DNA of 61,490 nt, filler included, from Hausera hauseri (GCA_046269625.1; 12 parts of 12 records of this genome joined end to end with filler, not necessarily neighbours in it); one strand, 5' to 3'. Shown: positions 24,568-38,715, numbered from the whole stretch's first letter. The notes: generated from the sequence alone by a model not told the origin. A program made the numbers and translations.

Positions 24568-24636
24568 AGGATTTGGGACCGAGTCAAGGTTTGCTTTAAG
24601 GCACCGACTTATAAACCGCCGTTCCAAGATGAGTAA
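23689..24636 (+). CDS. LTR-encoded protein of unknown function
   Basis: Open frame whose core RSYSDFLTVRELLQKSRFVRHL...LMAATDRLYESLVPSESQ is conserved in the diverged copy at 26990-27240. Confidence 0.55.
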   Translation: MDSIFKNKKAKTFKKYSTCQKHRNQCEQISPKHLNQENRSLETMLEPGPPTSPSSEGICGSPRTTGFLSEPNVILQRHETRTPSNPASQLPSETPPPAANAVATHKRAPYRSYSDFLTVRELLQKSRFVRHLVGLEREDPYFLPASTLHRFYQDRDNRHLLDSSIFLPVFLRLMAATDRLYESLVPSESQLIPDHRTVYRPQIRSSGPDQVRTPRRRRLLEPIRREPTPTDSSSNDLRARPHRLHKLGSSRSTTEESYVSADDNCCKNKCFNNYPVLFIYFVVSVLFYCFDATRIWDRVKVCFKAPTYKPPFQDE

Positions 24637-25430
24637 AGCTAAAAAGGGTAACAATCGAGAGGCAATTGGGAAATGTCTAATTATGGATATTATGACAACA
24701 AATATGGATACCTTGTCGGAGTTTTCTGAAGATAAGTGTGACATTATGATGAAAAAACTGACGACACATATGGAGAACAGAAAGTTAATCGTTAATGAAA
24801 TAAGATGTTTTGCTAATATTATGCTTTATGGTAGTTATTTCCCTTTTGTTCCCGTGGGTGTTGTTGGGAGTTGTGTGGCTGTTAAAATCAGTGTGCTTGA
24901 GTTGACACAAATGCCTAAAGGTGGAGATACTTCCCCGCGGAAAGGCACCGCGAAAACAAAGGCCAGGAATGTTTGGAGAAGTAATGTTAATGTATTTTCA
25001 TATTTTTACATATTGAATAAGGGAACTTGGGGATTTAAATGGATTTATAAATTGAATCTCGTAAAGCTTAGGTTAAATTTAAGGATGCTTGGATCAAGAA
25101 AAAATACATATAGTCCTAAAACGAGTATATGTGCGTACGGTAACTTGACGAAAAAGGAAATTTACTTTATAGATAATGTACGTAACCTTGAAATGAGTGT
25201 ATGTTTAAACGGTTGTTTGACACTAAGTTCTTCAAGTAAGAATAATGGAATATATACCTTGAGAGAAATTTCGTATGGGCCCAGAGAAGAGATGGTAAAA
25301 ATTACATTAGGAGATGGTATCGAAGACAAATCAATCATTCATCTGGAAGTTTATGTGTATAATTCACTTTATCTATTTCATATAAAATCTCTATTTTATG
25401 ATGACACGTTAGATAATGTCTATATAAAAC
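24630..25430 (+). CDS. Unidentified captured coding segment (~270 aa) fused in frame to a Gypsy protease
   Basis: MSKAKKG...NVYIKL open without stops; G/T-rich composition switches to C/A-rich at the PPDVSAHTG junction. Confidence 0.5.
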
Positions 25431-26874
25431 TTCCACCACCAGATGTTTCGGCACATACTGGCACATGCAAACGTCTTCCATCTAATAGCCGTACCTACGC
25501 TGTTTTCACATTTAAAGCCTCCTTAACATCCAAACCCAATCAATCAATTAACTTCCTCATTGACTCAGGGGCTGCTGTTGCTTTGTTACCACCATCCATC
25601 AAAACACCATACATCTTACCATCTAACACTAAATTATACACAGCTAATGGTCAAGCTTTACGCATTTGCGGTACTTCCAAAGTTTCATTCACTTTACCAC
25701 CATTTTCAGACATTTTCAATTGGACATTCACCGTTGCCGACACATGATCTCCAATACTTGGGTCTAATTTCTTATCTTTCTACAACCTCCTAGTAAATTG
25801 TAGACAACGTCGGATCATCAAGAGTAGTTCAACAAAACCTACTTTTACGAATAACCAACAAATCACGCAACCTAACTCGCATATAAAATCAATATTAAAA
25901 GAACCATCAGACAATGCAACTAACAACGTCATTAATGTCAGTATAAATAACCCAACGTTTTCGTTGCAGTCCGGTAATAGAGGAACAAAAGGCGTTTACT
26001 CAATCTCTAGCATTTCACACATTAAGTCCAGTCAAACCACTGTCGCGACAACAACATCCTTTACTATGCTTAGCCAAGAAATGCAGCAATATCTAACCAA
26101 GTCTTGTTTCCATACAATTAAAAAAGACCCAGCATTTCGACCGACTAACACGACGTTTCATCATATTGTCACAGAAAACCTTAGGCCCGTTAGGCAGAAA
26201 CTCAGTCCACTTTTACCACGCCGTCGACATGCAGTACAAGCGGAATTCTCTGCCCTCGAGCAAGCCGGAATCATAAAGCGTTCTAAATCACCATGGGAAT
26301 CACCACTCCACGTCCTCCCAAAGAAAGATGGCACATTCCGTCCATGAGGCGACTATTGACAACTTAATAATGTCACAACCATGGACACATCCTCTACCGT
26401 TGATTAAGGATATATTGCATTCTTTACACAAGACTACGATTTATTCAACTATAGATCTTGAAAAAGTTTACCACCAAATACCGGTAGCACCAGAAAACAT
26501 CCCTAAAACAGCCATAATAACACCGTTTGGTCTTTTCGAGTACGCATTCATACCGTTTGGTTTAAAGAACGCAGCACAAACTTTCCAACGGTACATCGAT
26601 TCAGTTCTTTCAGGCTTGTCATTTGCATATCCATACATTGATGACATACTAGTCGCATCAGCATCACCAAAACAACACGAAGGACATCTCAGACTAGTTT
26701 TCCAAGGCTTGCACAACTACAATTTACAAGTGAACTTTTCTAAATGTGCCTTCTTTCAGAAAAAGGTAAATTTCCTTGGCCACATCATCAAACTTCACGG
26801 CCACAGTCCAGAGCCTTATAGAATCCATTAACTACGAAACATTGAGCTACCAAAACTACTACCGATATGCGTAG
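25431..26874 (+). mobile_element. Ty3/Gypsy (CsRn1-like) PR-RT fragment
   Basis: FLIDSGA, SPWESPLH, KTAIITPFGLFEY, FGLKNAAQTFQR, YIDD; same family as 32600-34600. Confidence 0.92.
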
Positions 26875-27480
26875 TGTAAGGTTCCACCTTACAAAAAAAT
26901 AAATAAAATCAAAAAGAAACCACGAATTTAAAATTTATTGTCCTTGAAATTTGAAAAAAATCGTCCGAGAAGCCGTTAAGCTACGTGCCGTTCATATTCA
27001 GATTATATGACGGTGCGAGGGCTACTGCAACCGAGTAGATTCGTGCGGCATCTCACCCGGTTGTCCGAGAACGATCCGTATTGCCTCCCTCACGGACATC
27101 TCTGAAGATTTTATGCCGACTGAGACAGCCGACGGCTGTTAGACTCCTCCGCCTTCGTATCGGTCTTTATAAGATTGATGGCGGCTGCAGACCGGATGTT
27201 CAAATCATTCGTTCCCTCTGAGAGCCAGTTTATTCTCAACCAAAGAATCTCCGAATCACGACGAGTCATGGCGTACTGCTCCGGCTCTAATGGTCAGCCG
27301 GCTCCACCTCGTCGACTCATCAGGACGAAACCGTCCCTATCCAGTACGGACGAATCATACGCTTCGATGAATGAGTTTGACATGAAACAAAATAAATGTT
27401 CTGAATTTTATTTGATCTTTATTTTGCTTGTTTTACATTGTGTTTTATTCAGTAACTTTTTGAAAACCAAACTCACTATA
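26875..27480 (+). mobile_element. Second, shorter and diverged LTR of the same family
   Basis: Same 5' 19-mer, homologous ORF remnant, AATAAA near 27390, followed directly by a PBS-like sequence. Confidence 0.65.
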
Positions 27481-27481
27481 A

Positions 27482-27495
27482 TAGTGGCAGTGGTT
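27482..27495 (+). promoter_or_regulatory. Degenerate primer-binding site (tRNA-Leu type)
   Basis: TAGTGGCAGTGGT resembles TGGTGGCAGCGGT and lies 1 nt after the LTR end. Confidence 0.5.
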
Positions 27496-30400
27496 ACCGC
27501 ATTCACGCCCTATAACTCAAACGCAGCCGTTGAAATAAATCCGGCTCAAACACTTCACACAGCCATTGATAGCAGTCAGGCTCAAATTCACACAAGTGCC
27601 GTCGAAATTAATCCGGTCACACATTCATGCATCACCAAACATGATTACGTAATACCCACTGACAGTTGTATCACCAAAACCAACTGAAACCAGAAAATTA
27701 CAACGCGTGATATTGAACAAGTGCCAATATATTCTAGCACTAACACATGCGTCAACACCATCAAATAGGAATACAAACCCGATTACACGAACCGTGCCAA
27801 AATAGCACACAAAACAAGCGAAAATTCGCTACTCAACAATTCATCCAATCGTTAGTCGATTGACATAACCAACAAAATTTACTATGGTGAAACAACATCG
27901 ACCGATTGTACGCCAAACGAAGTACAACTCATTGTACAAAATTGGCGTCATACAAAAACTTATCGCTTTCCATTTACTCTAGCTATGTCGGGAATGTTGT
28001 GTTAGGATCTCTTAATTACCCAAAAATCTGAATCAAAAAATCAAAAAATCGATCAGAATTCCAAATTGACCTTTTTNNNNNNNNNNNNNNNNNNNNNNNN
28101 NNNNNNNNNNNNNNNNNNNNTTAATTAATTAANNNNNNNNNNNNNNNNNNNNNNNNNNNNNNNNNNNNNNNNNNNNATAGTTTGCGCAGTTTTACGCATA
28201 TTAATTTCGATCATTTCGTATGTGTTGAAAACAAGAGGTGAAAAATTCCAATATACATTACAGACTTCCAGCTTCTCACAACGAATTTTATAAGTGTATC
28301 AAAATCAAAATATGCAAAACGTCTATATAAAAATAAATCATTCATAGTTCAGTAATATTGACATCAAAAACTAATCACAAAGTATGATGAAGACAAACCT
28401 GATTGAGAAACTGATGGTTGCAGCACAACGACAGATCTATAGTAAAAATAATTTTTCCAGTTAAAGAGTACTTATTACGAATGTGACCATAGCGGCTGAT
28501 TGAGGCTGGAAACAATTTGGACATCAATTCTTATCATATTCTAAATGCAAGGAAAAGTCAAGCTGTGCTATGATGAATTTTTAATGGCTTGCCAAAATTT
28601 TATAAGAACAAATGCCCCTTAAGACCAATTATATCCTTTGTAGAAGCACCTCAGTATGAAGTACAGAAGCAATTAACGAGATCTTGCAATCCTGATATCA
28701 AAATAAATCAATTATACACGTCTTGATGTGGTGCATCTGGAGTGTTGGGGCACATAGGCCTTTTGGGGCTTGAACTCATTAAATTACGTAATCTATATAC
28801 AATCTCTATTCTGATGTCTGGTGGCCACACTTGCGATGTTACTTGATCATTTATCCCACCAATCAACTCCATACGCTGAACACCTAAATAAAACTTACAA
28901 AGGAACATTTCTAACTATCACACAGAGAATTTTGTAAAAAAAATTTCAGAAACGTGCACTATATACGTGTGTTTAAGGATACGTGAAAACATTTTGCCAA
29001 TGAATGATTTTAAATATGACGGCATTTGCACTTGTTCAAGTCTCCCCAATTACGTATAGGAATTTTGAACTTTGACAAAATTTTCGTTCCCTTTCTTCAG
29101 CTAATGTTTTATTAATATGCGATTAATAATTTTTCTTGATTTTCAGTTGGCATAAAAAATCCATCTAATATTTGGGCTATAGTTTGTGGTCGGGCATGTG
29201 TACGGTCAAAATTTATACGAGAAATATGCAATTGATAATCTGACAAATACATTTTAGATTGACAAAAGATCCAAAAACGTTATAAATCATATACTAAAAA
29301 ACATTAGCTCGAGAAAAGGAAAATTTAACGAAGTTTAAATTTTCTAAACGTAGTGTGGATAAATTTGAACAAGTGCAAAAGGCTATCAAATTTAATACCT
29401 CCAATTACGTTAAAATTGAATTGGTTGGCAAAACGTTTTTTCATATTATTAATCAGCATTACATTTTCCACGTTTCTGACAATTTCTTATATAAATCCTT
29501 GTTTTTTCAGTTAGAAATGTTTCCTTGTTAATATATTTTTTTATTTCTTCAATAGCTATTAGTCCAGGTGTGCATTCTCCTGATTTCAGTGATACATTTT
29601 TGGAATGTTGGGAAAATACCGAATACAATAATAACACATCAAGAACACATTCATCGTCACAAATTTTGATCAGGTAATGCACCGTTTAAAGCCCAAAAGT
29701 TTAACAATTAGAATCAAATAGCTGTAAATGTTATTGGTCATTTAATACGGCAAATTACTGATGAAATTTACGTCAATGTATGTGATCTGTCGATTTGGTC
29801 CAGTAACATGCAATGCCAACGAAGGAATAGTCCGTTTGAACATGTCGAATAAAATGGAAATTATTCTGTTTCAGTTGTGTACAAGAATTTGACTCACATG
29901 ATCGATATCTGCTGGAATTTTTTATCGTTGATCATTTGTAAATTTTTAATGGCTTTACCTCTGCAAATATTTAATTAATATTTATTATACGCTAAGTCTT
30001 TTAGAGGACAATAATGTTGCGAGTTATTTGGTTCTAATATTTCGATCTTTCTAAAATCTTACTTGTGGTGCCCACCGTTTACACGCCCGCGGCCGGATGG
30101 TTGGGCGACGTCGGGCGCCTGTTATCGCCTTAATGGCGTCCCAGGCCTCGAATCGTACCGGTCTCTTGCGTCGGGTCCCGATTTTCCGCTTTGAAAATGT
30201 CAACGTCCAAAAGACCGAATTCCGAAGTTTCATTCGAATATGCCTAATTTCATACCTATCTAATATGAAGATTTATCCCCAGTTTCAGACAGAAATCAAA
30301 CTAATCACAAATTGTCTTTCGTTCAGATAAGTTTCCAAGATAATTCAAATCGTTCAGAAACGTAACCCAATCTAAATATTCAAGCTGAACCCGATAAAAA

Positions 30401-31269
30401 TTCTTCCCAAATCTAAAATTCAATTTAGCCAACAGCACCTCATTTTTATTTCAGTAAACTTCAATTCTTACACGAACCAGAAGATCAACACCATGTTTTC
30501 TAATTTTGAAGATTTTTCCCGATACCTTTATTCGTTGAATATTATTTTTTTCATGCTTCAATATTTCACATTATATATTAGTGTCTTTCAACCAAAGACT
30601 TTTTTTGATAAAGGTGCTAATCAATCATCCCGCAAAAATGTGTTGGCCAGTTTAATTTTAACGATGGTATTGTAATTTGCTGAACCAATTATAGTGTCAA
30701 TGATGCTCGGTGATTCGCCTATGTCCGTTTTTTTACCAATTATCCAGTTTCAGTCCATTGTTTGATTTACCGGTATCATATTCAATTCAATCCAGAAAAC
30801 TTTTGTTTTACACACTTTAATTGGATGCCGATCTTTGTGATAGTTTGTTAAAAAAAGAAAACTTTTTTTGTTTAAATATTGTAGATAAAATAAATACTTT
30901 TTTGCGGGTTACTTCAATAAGAAATTCTGTTATTCAGCCATTTTGAAAGATTTTGTTGTTTCTTTTAAAGCTTTTCAATTATCAGTAACAAATTTATTTA
31001 TCTATTTGCCTATCGATTTCTAATTGTAAATCTTCCAGTTACAGACGAAATTTTGTGATTACAAGAACATTTGTCGTATATGTCTCATTTGATCTGACAG
31101 TTCAAGAACTTTTGTTTTTTTCTTTGGTTTTTTATTCGGATTTACCAATACAATCAAAACTTATATTCCTCAGAATTTGGGCTTTTTGATTTTGGTGTTT
31201 GCATATCAGTTCATTTTTGTTGTTATTTATCTTTTTGTTCGTTTTTATTGAATCCTCAGAACAATATGC

Positions 31270-32450
31270 TGTTTATGTCACAGATTTCTTGTTCGACGTT
31301 CCGTTGAGGTTTGAATCTTCTTATGTGGATTACCTCTTTGATTCTTAGATTAATTTGGTCTCCTTCCGTGTCCAATATCTCCGCCCAGAACCTCGAGTCT
31401 CATTCTGTTGGTGTTCGAACACTGAGCTTCTTTCGTCTTTGAGGTGTTCGGTTATTCTGGTGTGTAGTTCCCTTATTGTGCTGCCTACATACATTTTGCT
31501 GCATTTGTTGCAAACTACATTCTTCCTGAGGCATATGTCGTTGTTGAGGGGGCGGTTCTTCAGTCTACATGGTTCCTTGATAGTCTTGCTGAGGAGATTT
31601 CTAATGGTCAATTTTCTATCGTACAGTCGTACGTCGAATCCCTCTTTTCTGAAGATTGATCCGATCTTCTTGTTCACTTGGTTGGATATGAAAGGGAAGT
31701 TNNNNNNNNNNAACACTTTTCATTCGTTTTCGTCTTTCTTTTCTGTTCTGTTTTTGTTTCCTTTCTTCTTCTTCCTCGGGTTGGTTTTTCGCATTGTTCT
31801 TCGATATAGTTTCTCTGGTATACGTTCACGGTTAGACTTTTTCGGAGCTACTGTAGGTTGTCTTTGAATTCCTGTTCTCTGCTACAGTGTTCCTTGATTC
31901 TAGCGATCTCTTCCTTGACCACGTTTACTTTGGTCTTCTGGGGATTGCTGAGTTATAGTTTATGAAGATGTCCTTCAGAGCTGGTTTCCTGTAAAAGTTC
32001 AGGTCGTGGATTTCGTTTCCGTAGACCGTGACAGTGAAGTCTAGCTGGCTCAGCGAGTTGACATCTGTTGGATGTTCTATTTCGAGTTTGATGTTTCTGT
32101 GTAAGGCTTTCATATCCATGTATATTTTCTCGGCCTCTTCCTTGTTCTTGTATATCATAAACATGTCGTCAACGAATCGCTTGTAGAGGGCGATGTTATT
32201 ATCCAGGATGGCTTTTCGTTCGATCTGGTCCATGAAGAGGATGACTAGTGTTCCTGATAGGCAGTTCCCCATCGGTAATCCTGTGGTTTGTTTGAATATT
32301 TCTCTGTTGAATGCGAAGTATGTCGTGTCGACGACGGATTCTAGGAGTTTTCTTATGTTCTCGACGTTTATGCCGTGGTAGTTGGGGTTCCCGCTGTTTA
32401 ATCGTCGGCATACGTTCTGTATTGCATCTTGGTAGGGTATAAAAGTGTAT
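31270..32450 (-). mobile_element. Penelope-like retroelement (RT + GIY-YIG endonuclease), 5' truncated
   Basis: GLPMGNCLSG, YKRFVDD, LDFTV, FYRKP, then CNKCSKMYVGSTIRELHTRITEH. Confidence 0.92.
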
Positions 32451-32599
32451 NNNNNNNNNNNNNNNNNNNNNNNNNNNNNNNNNNNNNNNNNNNNTTAATT
32501 AATTAANNNNNNNNNNNNNNNNNNNNNNNNNNNNNNNNNNNNNNNNNNNNTCTCAAAGAGAAAAGAAATTGTATATGAGATGTATGAATACATGTGAAA

Positions 32600-34600
32600 T
32601 TATATTCTCATCACAAGAATCTGCTGCCGATAATCACCGCATGGTCTGTATGTGTCATCTTTCTTCGTCACAACATGCAAAAGCGAAGCCCATTGTGATT
32701 TGGATCGTCGAATAATGCACGCCTTTTCGAGTTCATTGAACTCTGATTCAACAGCTTTTCGTCTGCGCGGTGAAAGTGGCCTCATCTTTTGTCTTATAAG
32801 TCTTCGGTGTTCGGTGTCTACGTGGTGATATTTTGTAGAATGTGCATTAAAATTGATGGCCTTCTTAAGAGTGCGGGAACAAAAAGTTTTAATGTAGGAT
32901 TTAATATCAGAACCCAACGATAAGAATGATGAGGGCATATCATTATAAGAGTCAGTGGCTGTAATTGATGTAGAATGACTAAATGCTTCATTAACGACAT
33001 TTGGTTCAGGATTGATTTGTTCCCACTTGACTAGATTGAAAATATTGATGAATTGTTAAGCTTGTTGTTATCAGCCGATGAACAGGATGTCAAATTGACA
33101 TTTGAATGAACAGAGGAAGACAAAGTGTACGATTGGTCATCTGATGAGCATTTGTTAATATTTGTAACTGAGTTTCTGTGCAGGAAGCATTTATGCTTGC
33201 AGTCGACTAACAAATCGTATGCAGAAAGGAAATCGGAGCCTATTATGGATGATCTGATGTTGGCTATGTGAAATTTCCAGGAGAATTTCCCTGGTAGGTT
33301 GGAGAATGTGAAAGTCAGTTTTGTAGTACCTACAATGTTCAAAGGTTGAACACAGGCAGTGAAGAGTGATGGAGAGAAAACTGTGTTAGACGTAGAACCG
33401 AAAGAAAAAGGAAGAAGTGAAAAGGCAGCTCCTGAATCGATAAGGAAATCTATTTGTGATGTGTCTCCAAATAACATTTCAGCTTTCAACAGAAAGACTG
33501 CACAGGCGGTGTTGAAACGGCCAGAAGATTGAATGATATTGCCTGTACCAGAATGTGCCGTGACATCTGGTGGCATTATTGGTTCTTTGAAACTTGTTGA
33601 GGAAAAGAAGAATAATGAGTACGAGGAGGCGAAGATGATGGAGAAAAATTAGAATTCCTTTTATAATATTTCCATACTGGCACGCACGACCTAGCCTGGG
33701 ACTGGTACTTTGTGTGATAGATGCAGATTAAATTGTCTACTGAATATCGTTCATCGTAGAATTAACAGCCTAAAACACTTTTTTGCGTCTTTTCGAAATT
33801 TATTGTGATAAAACACGTCATTTTACCATCTCTAGATTTGGAACGAGAAGAGTGCCTGGAAAAACTGCGATTGCGTAAAATACTATTTTCGCTTCTTCAG
33901 GACACGGATAAGTGACTGAGTTGGGCTGTGATCGCAGAAATTGCTTGTTGGAGTGTGTCGAACTGCTTCTGCAACATATAGAGTTGTTGTGCAAATAGAG
34001 TGTTTTCTGAAAATGTGTCAGCGGTTGCTGCGGCTACTGGCTGTAAATTATTAAACTGCAAAATATCAAAACTGTCTGCCAACGAGGCGAGTTTTTCAAG
34101 GGCAGTAGAGTCGTCTACTACAGTGAGCAGCGCTCGGATGGAGGTTGGCAAAGATAAAAGAAAATACTGACGAAGAAGATGGGCATTGTTTGTGGGACTG
34201 ACGCCCAAGGAGCTTAATTGCGAGATGGCAGTTTTAAGGAAATCCGATGGTTTTTGATTTCCGATGGCGCATTCATTAAAATATTTCTGAATTATGCTGT
34301 CGATGGAAGGGTCGGTGATATGTAGAACTGATTCATACAGCATATCATACGGGCTTGAAGAAGAGAGTATGTCAGCCAGATTATTGATTTGCTGCTTAAT
34401 GTTAGCTGGAAGTAATATCAGCAAACTGTTAGCCCGCAGAAAGTAATCTGTAATGTGATTGGCTTTGAGCCATTGCAAATGAAACTGTAACCAAGTGCTG
34501 TTCGAGTTCGTTTTATCTAGGAAAAATCTGTGCAGGGGAGATTTGGAGATGTAGATGGTGTGGGGTCGACAGGACAACGACCAGACCTGGTTTTGGTTAG
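32600..34600 (-). mobile_element. Ty3/Gypsy (CsRn1-like) gag-PR-RT start
   Basis: Gag (IGNQKPSDFL, LRQYFLLSLP), CHCC-type motifs, FLIDSGA, SQWASLLHVVTKKDDTYRPCGDYR. Confidence 0.9.
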
Positions 34601-34874
34601 AATTTTGGCAGAAGGGTCAAGGTCTGATCCATCACGGATACGAAAATGGACAGTAAGAGTCATGGCATGTTTCCCGGATGTAAAAGATGACAGATTCGTA
34701 AGGTAGCAAAGTTAGACCATTGTGCATACAATAAAAATCGGAGGAACCGAAAAAGGAGGATAATTCAGAATAAAGAATATGTGCCGTTTGTTTGTGCGTA
34801 ACCCTTAATGCTTAGACATGTTTATTATTAAAAAAAGAAAAAGGGAACGTGGCGCAGCGGGGGCGGTGACACTC

Positions 34875-37800
34875 GATCTCTCACCCAAATCAACGATAGA
34901 TCTTTCATTAATAATGTAATGTCGTATTATAAATGACGGAGTAGCGATATGTATGTGTATCATAATTTGATAGAGGTAATTCGGGCAATCCTTCTTTTGT
35001 GCATTGGTTAGTATCAATGGCGAAACGTTCATTACAGTTTGTGGTGACTGGCACTGTTTTGTCGTTACAAAAATTCTTGTCACCAGACGTTGCCGAAAGT
35101 GTCCGACTTCATGGGCGAAAGGCATAACGATAATAGTAGGATTTTTATTCAAATTTATAGATAGCGCTCGTTTATCTTCAAAGTAATTATACATAGTACC
35201 TGTATAGACGTATCCTAAGCTGTCTTTAAATCTGGAGATGGAAATTGACGATGTACAATATTTAGTATCTGCAATATGAGGAGCCATTCCCGTCACATTC
35301 AGGGACCTGATTTGTAAAGTAGTTGAGAAAACCAATTATTCGGTTTGTCATTTTATGTTTTTGGAAGAATTGGTGTCGAAAATCAGTAATATTGATTTTA
35401 TCGATTGGCACGGCTGTTAAACGGTTTGATTCTCGAGACATTTTTTCCATAGACTCAATTGTGGTTCACCGAAAGTATTGGGATGATATACAACTTTGCC
35501 ATACAATTGTTTTCTTAAAAGTAACAGATTCTGATTGTTCAAACTGAATAACTGAGTTGATGCACATTTCTCATCTGGTTTACAATTTGCACAACGTACA
35601 ATGAGTCTCCTCAATTTTGGTGCAGAACATTCTATTATAAATCCACGCAAATGATATTTGACTTTCCATGGAGGGTTCTTGTACAAAATATCGATTTCTG
35701 ATGATTCATCTCCCCATCGAACTTTTACTACTCGGCTCCAACGAAATTCTGTATCATATGGCTTACGGCACCAAATGTATATTTCATTTTCAATGGGATG
35801 TGGTTCTAATTTTTTGTCATAATTAAAATTCGGTAAATAATAATTGCCTTGTGTAATCATAATAAAGTCTTCATCTTGATAGTCCATTCTTCCTAGGTAA
35901 CATTTAAAAAGCAATGCTCTATCATCGATGCCTTCAGGTATTTCAAATAAATCTACATCTATTGCAATTTATTTGTTTTTTATATCATTTACCGTCAGTT
36001 TACCCGTATATAAAGTGCAATGAAAAATGGACGCATTTTGTCTAAACGATCTTATTGTTGCAAGTTATTTTTTTTCCGTAGTCATATTCGTTAGCTGGTC
36101 TTGTACCATAATTGTAAGATGGTGCTATGATGCTACCATAAATTGTATCTGGTATTCGTGTTGTGATGTGGACAAAACGTTCAGACAATGTTACAGTTGA
36201 GAGTTAATAATAATGCTTCCTTTACATTTATAATTGTACAAGTATATCCTTTACATTTAGCTGCGGTTTCCGGACTTATTTCTATAGTAGGGAATGATCC
36301 AATGCAATTTGACACACATTTGACAACTTGTGTGGGCAATACCATATGCGTCATTGTAATCATTAATAAATCCATATCGGTAAATTGAATTCTTGAATGT
36401 TCGACAAAATATTCCTGTTTCATCGAACTACAAAACAGGACGTAATGATCAAGCGGACGAAGGGTCGCCTTTACGAATTTTTCGCTTCCATCAGTAGACA
36501 ATAGTTTACATTTGTTATCAGTCGGCTTTACCCATTTACCGGCTGAGAAACAAGAAACGATCGTCATACCGTCATCGCTAACTTCCAAGACTCCAAGGCT
36601 TATTTCACTGTATTGCATGTCAGTGAAACATCCATAGTAACCTTCATTTTTATGGAAATATTTAGAATTTTTCGTAAAATCCATCTTCGTACAGAGTTCC
36701 AAAGCTCTTGAACTGTAAATGACCGATTTATATTCGGGATTTATTCCCCTCTAAGATGTTTCAAGTTGCAATGCAAGTTGTATAACACTTTCCATATTCC
36801 CTTGAGTATCATACATTGTAAAAGGATGTGTTGCAGTTCTGTTATCTATCATGGCGTTCAGAATATTTCTATCAGAAAACCAAACAAATGTAGGGATACC
36901 TGAAGAATTATCGACGGAATGATTGTCCTGATTACTTTGTTCTCAAGAAGATCCAATATCAGAAAGTTGATGTTGACGAACTTCTTCTAAACCGAAAGTA
37001 CGTAGAAAAGTACTGAGAGAACTGATTGCTGAATTTCGAATAAACGATTCATTATAGACTGAATTGTTAACTTGCCTGAAGTTTGTGAATGGATTATGCA
37101 GAACATTTGCAAACTCATTAATAAAGTGATTGTTGTTGGACTGTCGAGGATTAGGAGCTCTGAATAATCCAGAAGAAGACCGTTCATTGGAAGCAGAAAA
37201 TGGATAAACATTAAACTGACCCTGTGATAATGCATTTTCATTAATGCGAGGTAGATTCGGAGGATTTCTCTGTTGTACAGTTACATAATCGTTTGTAAGC
37301 TGTGAACGATTTCTGTTTCGCAATTGCGGCATTAGTACGTGTCGGAAATAATCAGACACACGAGGTAGAGGATATCGAACCTCTGGACAGTGATCAATCA
37401 AAGTGAATGATTGGAAAAAAATGCACGTCTTCGTATGAAATTTGAGTTTTGGAAGAAATTTTATCGGGTTCAGATTGAACATTTAGATTGGATTGCATTT
37501 CTGAATGATTTGAATTATCTTGGAAACTTACCTGAACGGGAGACAATCCATGATTGGTTTGATTTCTGTCTGAAACTGGAGATAAATCTCCAGATGAGGT
37601 AGATATAAATTCAGGCGTATTCGGATGAAACTGAACAACGGGATCAATTTGGGTGGTTAATAAATTATTATTATTATTATTATTGTTATTGTTACAAGAC
37701 CTTTTGATATGACACCATTTATAACGACGTGTTGAAAGCTCTGGAGTTAGTCTGGAGTTACCGAAAGGTGAGTTATTTCCTGCATTATTTTTATTTAGTG

Positions 37801-38715
37801 CTGATCCAAAGGATAAATCGCCAACAGAAATATTACCAAGATTCAGAAGAGAATTGAGAGTTAGATTATATTCACTATTAAGACTAACAGTATTTTTACG
37901 TTTCAAATCTTTTCTGGAACGAACTGAATGAGAAGTATTTTGATGATAACCAATTTCTCGATTTCCTTATGGAATTCTTCGTCGTCTTCGCCTTAATATG
38001 GGCAGATCGTTCGAGGATGAAGAATTATTAAAGGAATGTCATTTGAGTTGAGAATGAGCAAGGTCTGTTGTAAAACTGCCGGTCTTTACGCAAAGTTCCT
38101 GTTTAACCCAATCAACATTAGCTTGTGTAAAAGCCGGATTATGGACGGAATTGGCGAACCCTTGAAAATCATCGTTCAACATTCCATGTCGAAACAACGT
38201 ATTTCTACTAGTAGGACTCAATCGAATTAATGGAGGATCAAGAATGGAAAAATGTGGTGATTCTGATGTACTGAAGAAATTATTTTCATTTCCAGAATTA
38301 GATTTGTAACTATCCTCTGACGAAATAGAATTAACTGCAGCAGCTGCCGAGTGAATCATAAGATGTTCATGAGAATTATTAATAGCGTCTGTTCCAGCAA
38401 AATTATGGTCGGGTTGAACATAAATTGATCCATTTGGTGATACAGTATTTGTTCCATGAAAATACGATGAATGAAGATTTTTGTTATCAAATAACTCATA
38501 AAACGGTTCCTCTAAATCACCGTGGTCACCATCACTACATTCAGTACCTAATCGGTTGTTGATTACAAACCATATATACTGAAAGCCCTTTGCAACGTTT
38601 GTGAATATTAACAGTTGACCTTCATATGCCGGAAGTTGCTTCTCGATATTATTAACGAATTTGTCCACGCAATAAATAACAATAAATCTTGAGGTAAGAG
38701 AGGTATGATATACTG
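34875..38715 (-). pseudogene. About 3.8 kb of unidentified, intronless, co-oriented coding DNA between two gag copies
   Basis: Chain of long minus-strand ORFs (38039-38668, 37394-37906, 36943-37482, 36181-36702, 35417-35914, 34805-35335) linked by single stops or frameshifts; no retroelement motifs. Confidence 0.55.

Noticed and set aside
24392-24629. First 80 aa of the 451-aa ORF
   Set aside because: It lies within the LTR and overlaps another frame; the likely start is the ATG at 24630
28177-31000. Short ORFs and a GC-rich patch at 30065-30190
   Set aside because: No recognisable motifs or RNA structure; probably host intergenic or old repeat DNA
31005-31052. Minimal hammerhead ribozyme near the Penelope 3' end (minus strand CTGGAAGA...GAAATCGATA)
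   Set aside because: The core has an extra base and stems I and II pair poorly; it would need an Infernal search to support
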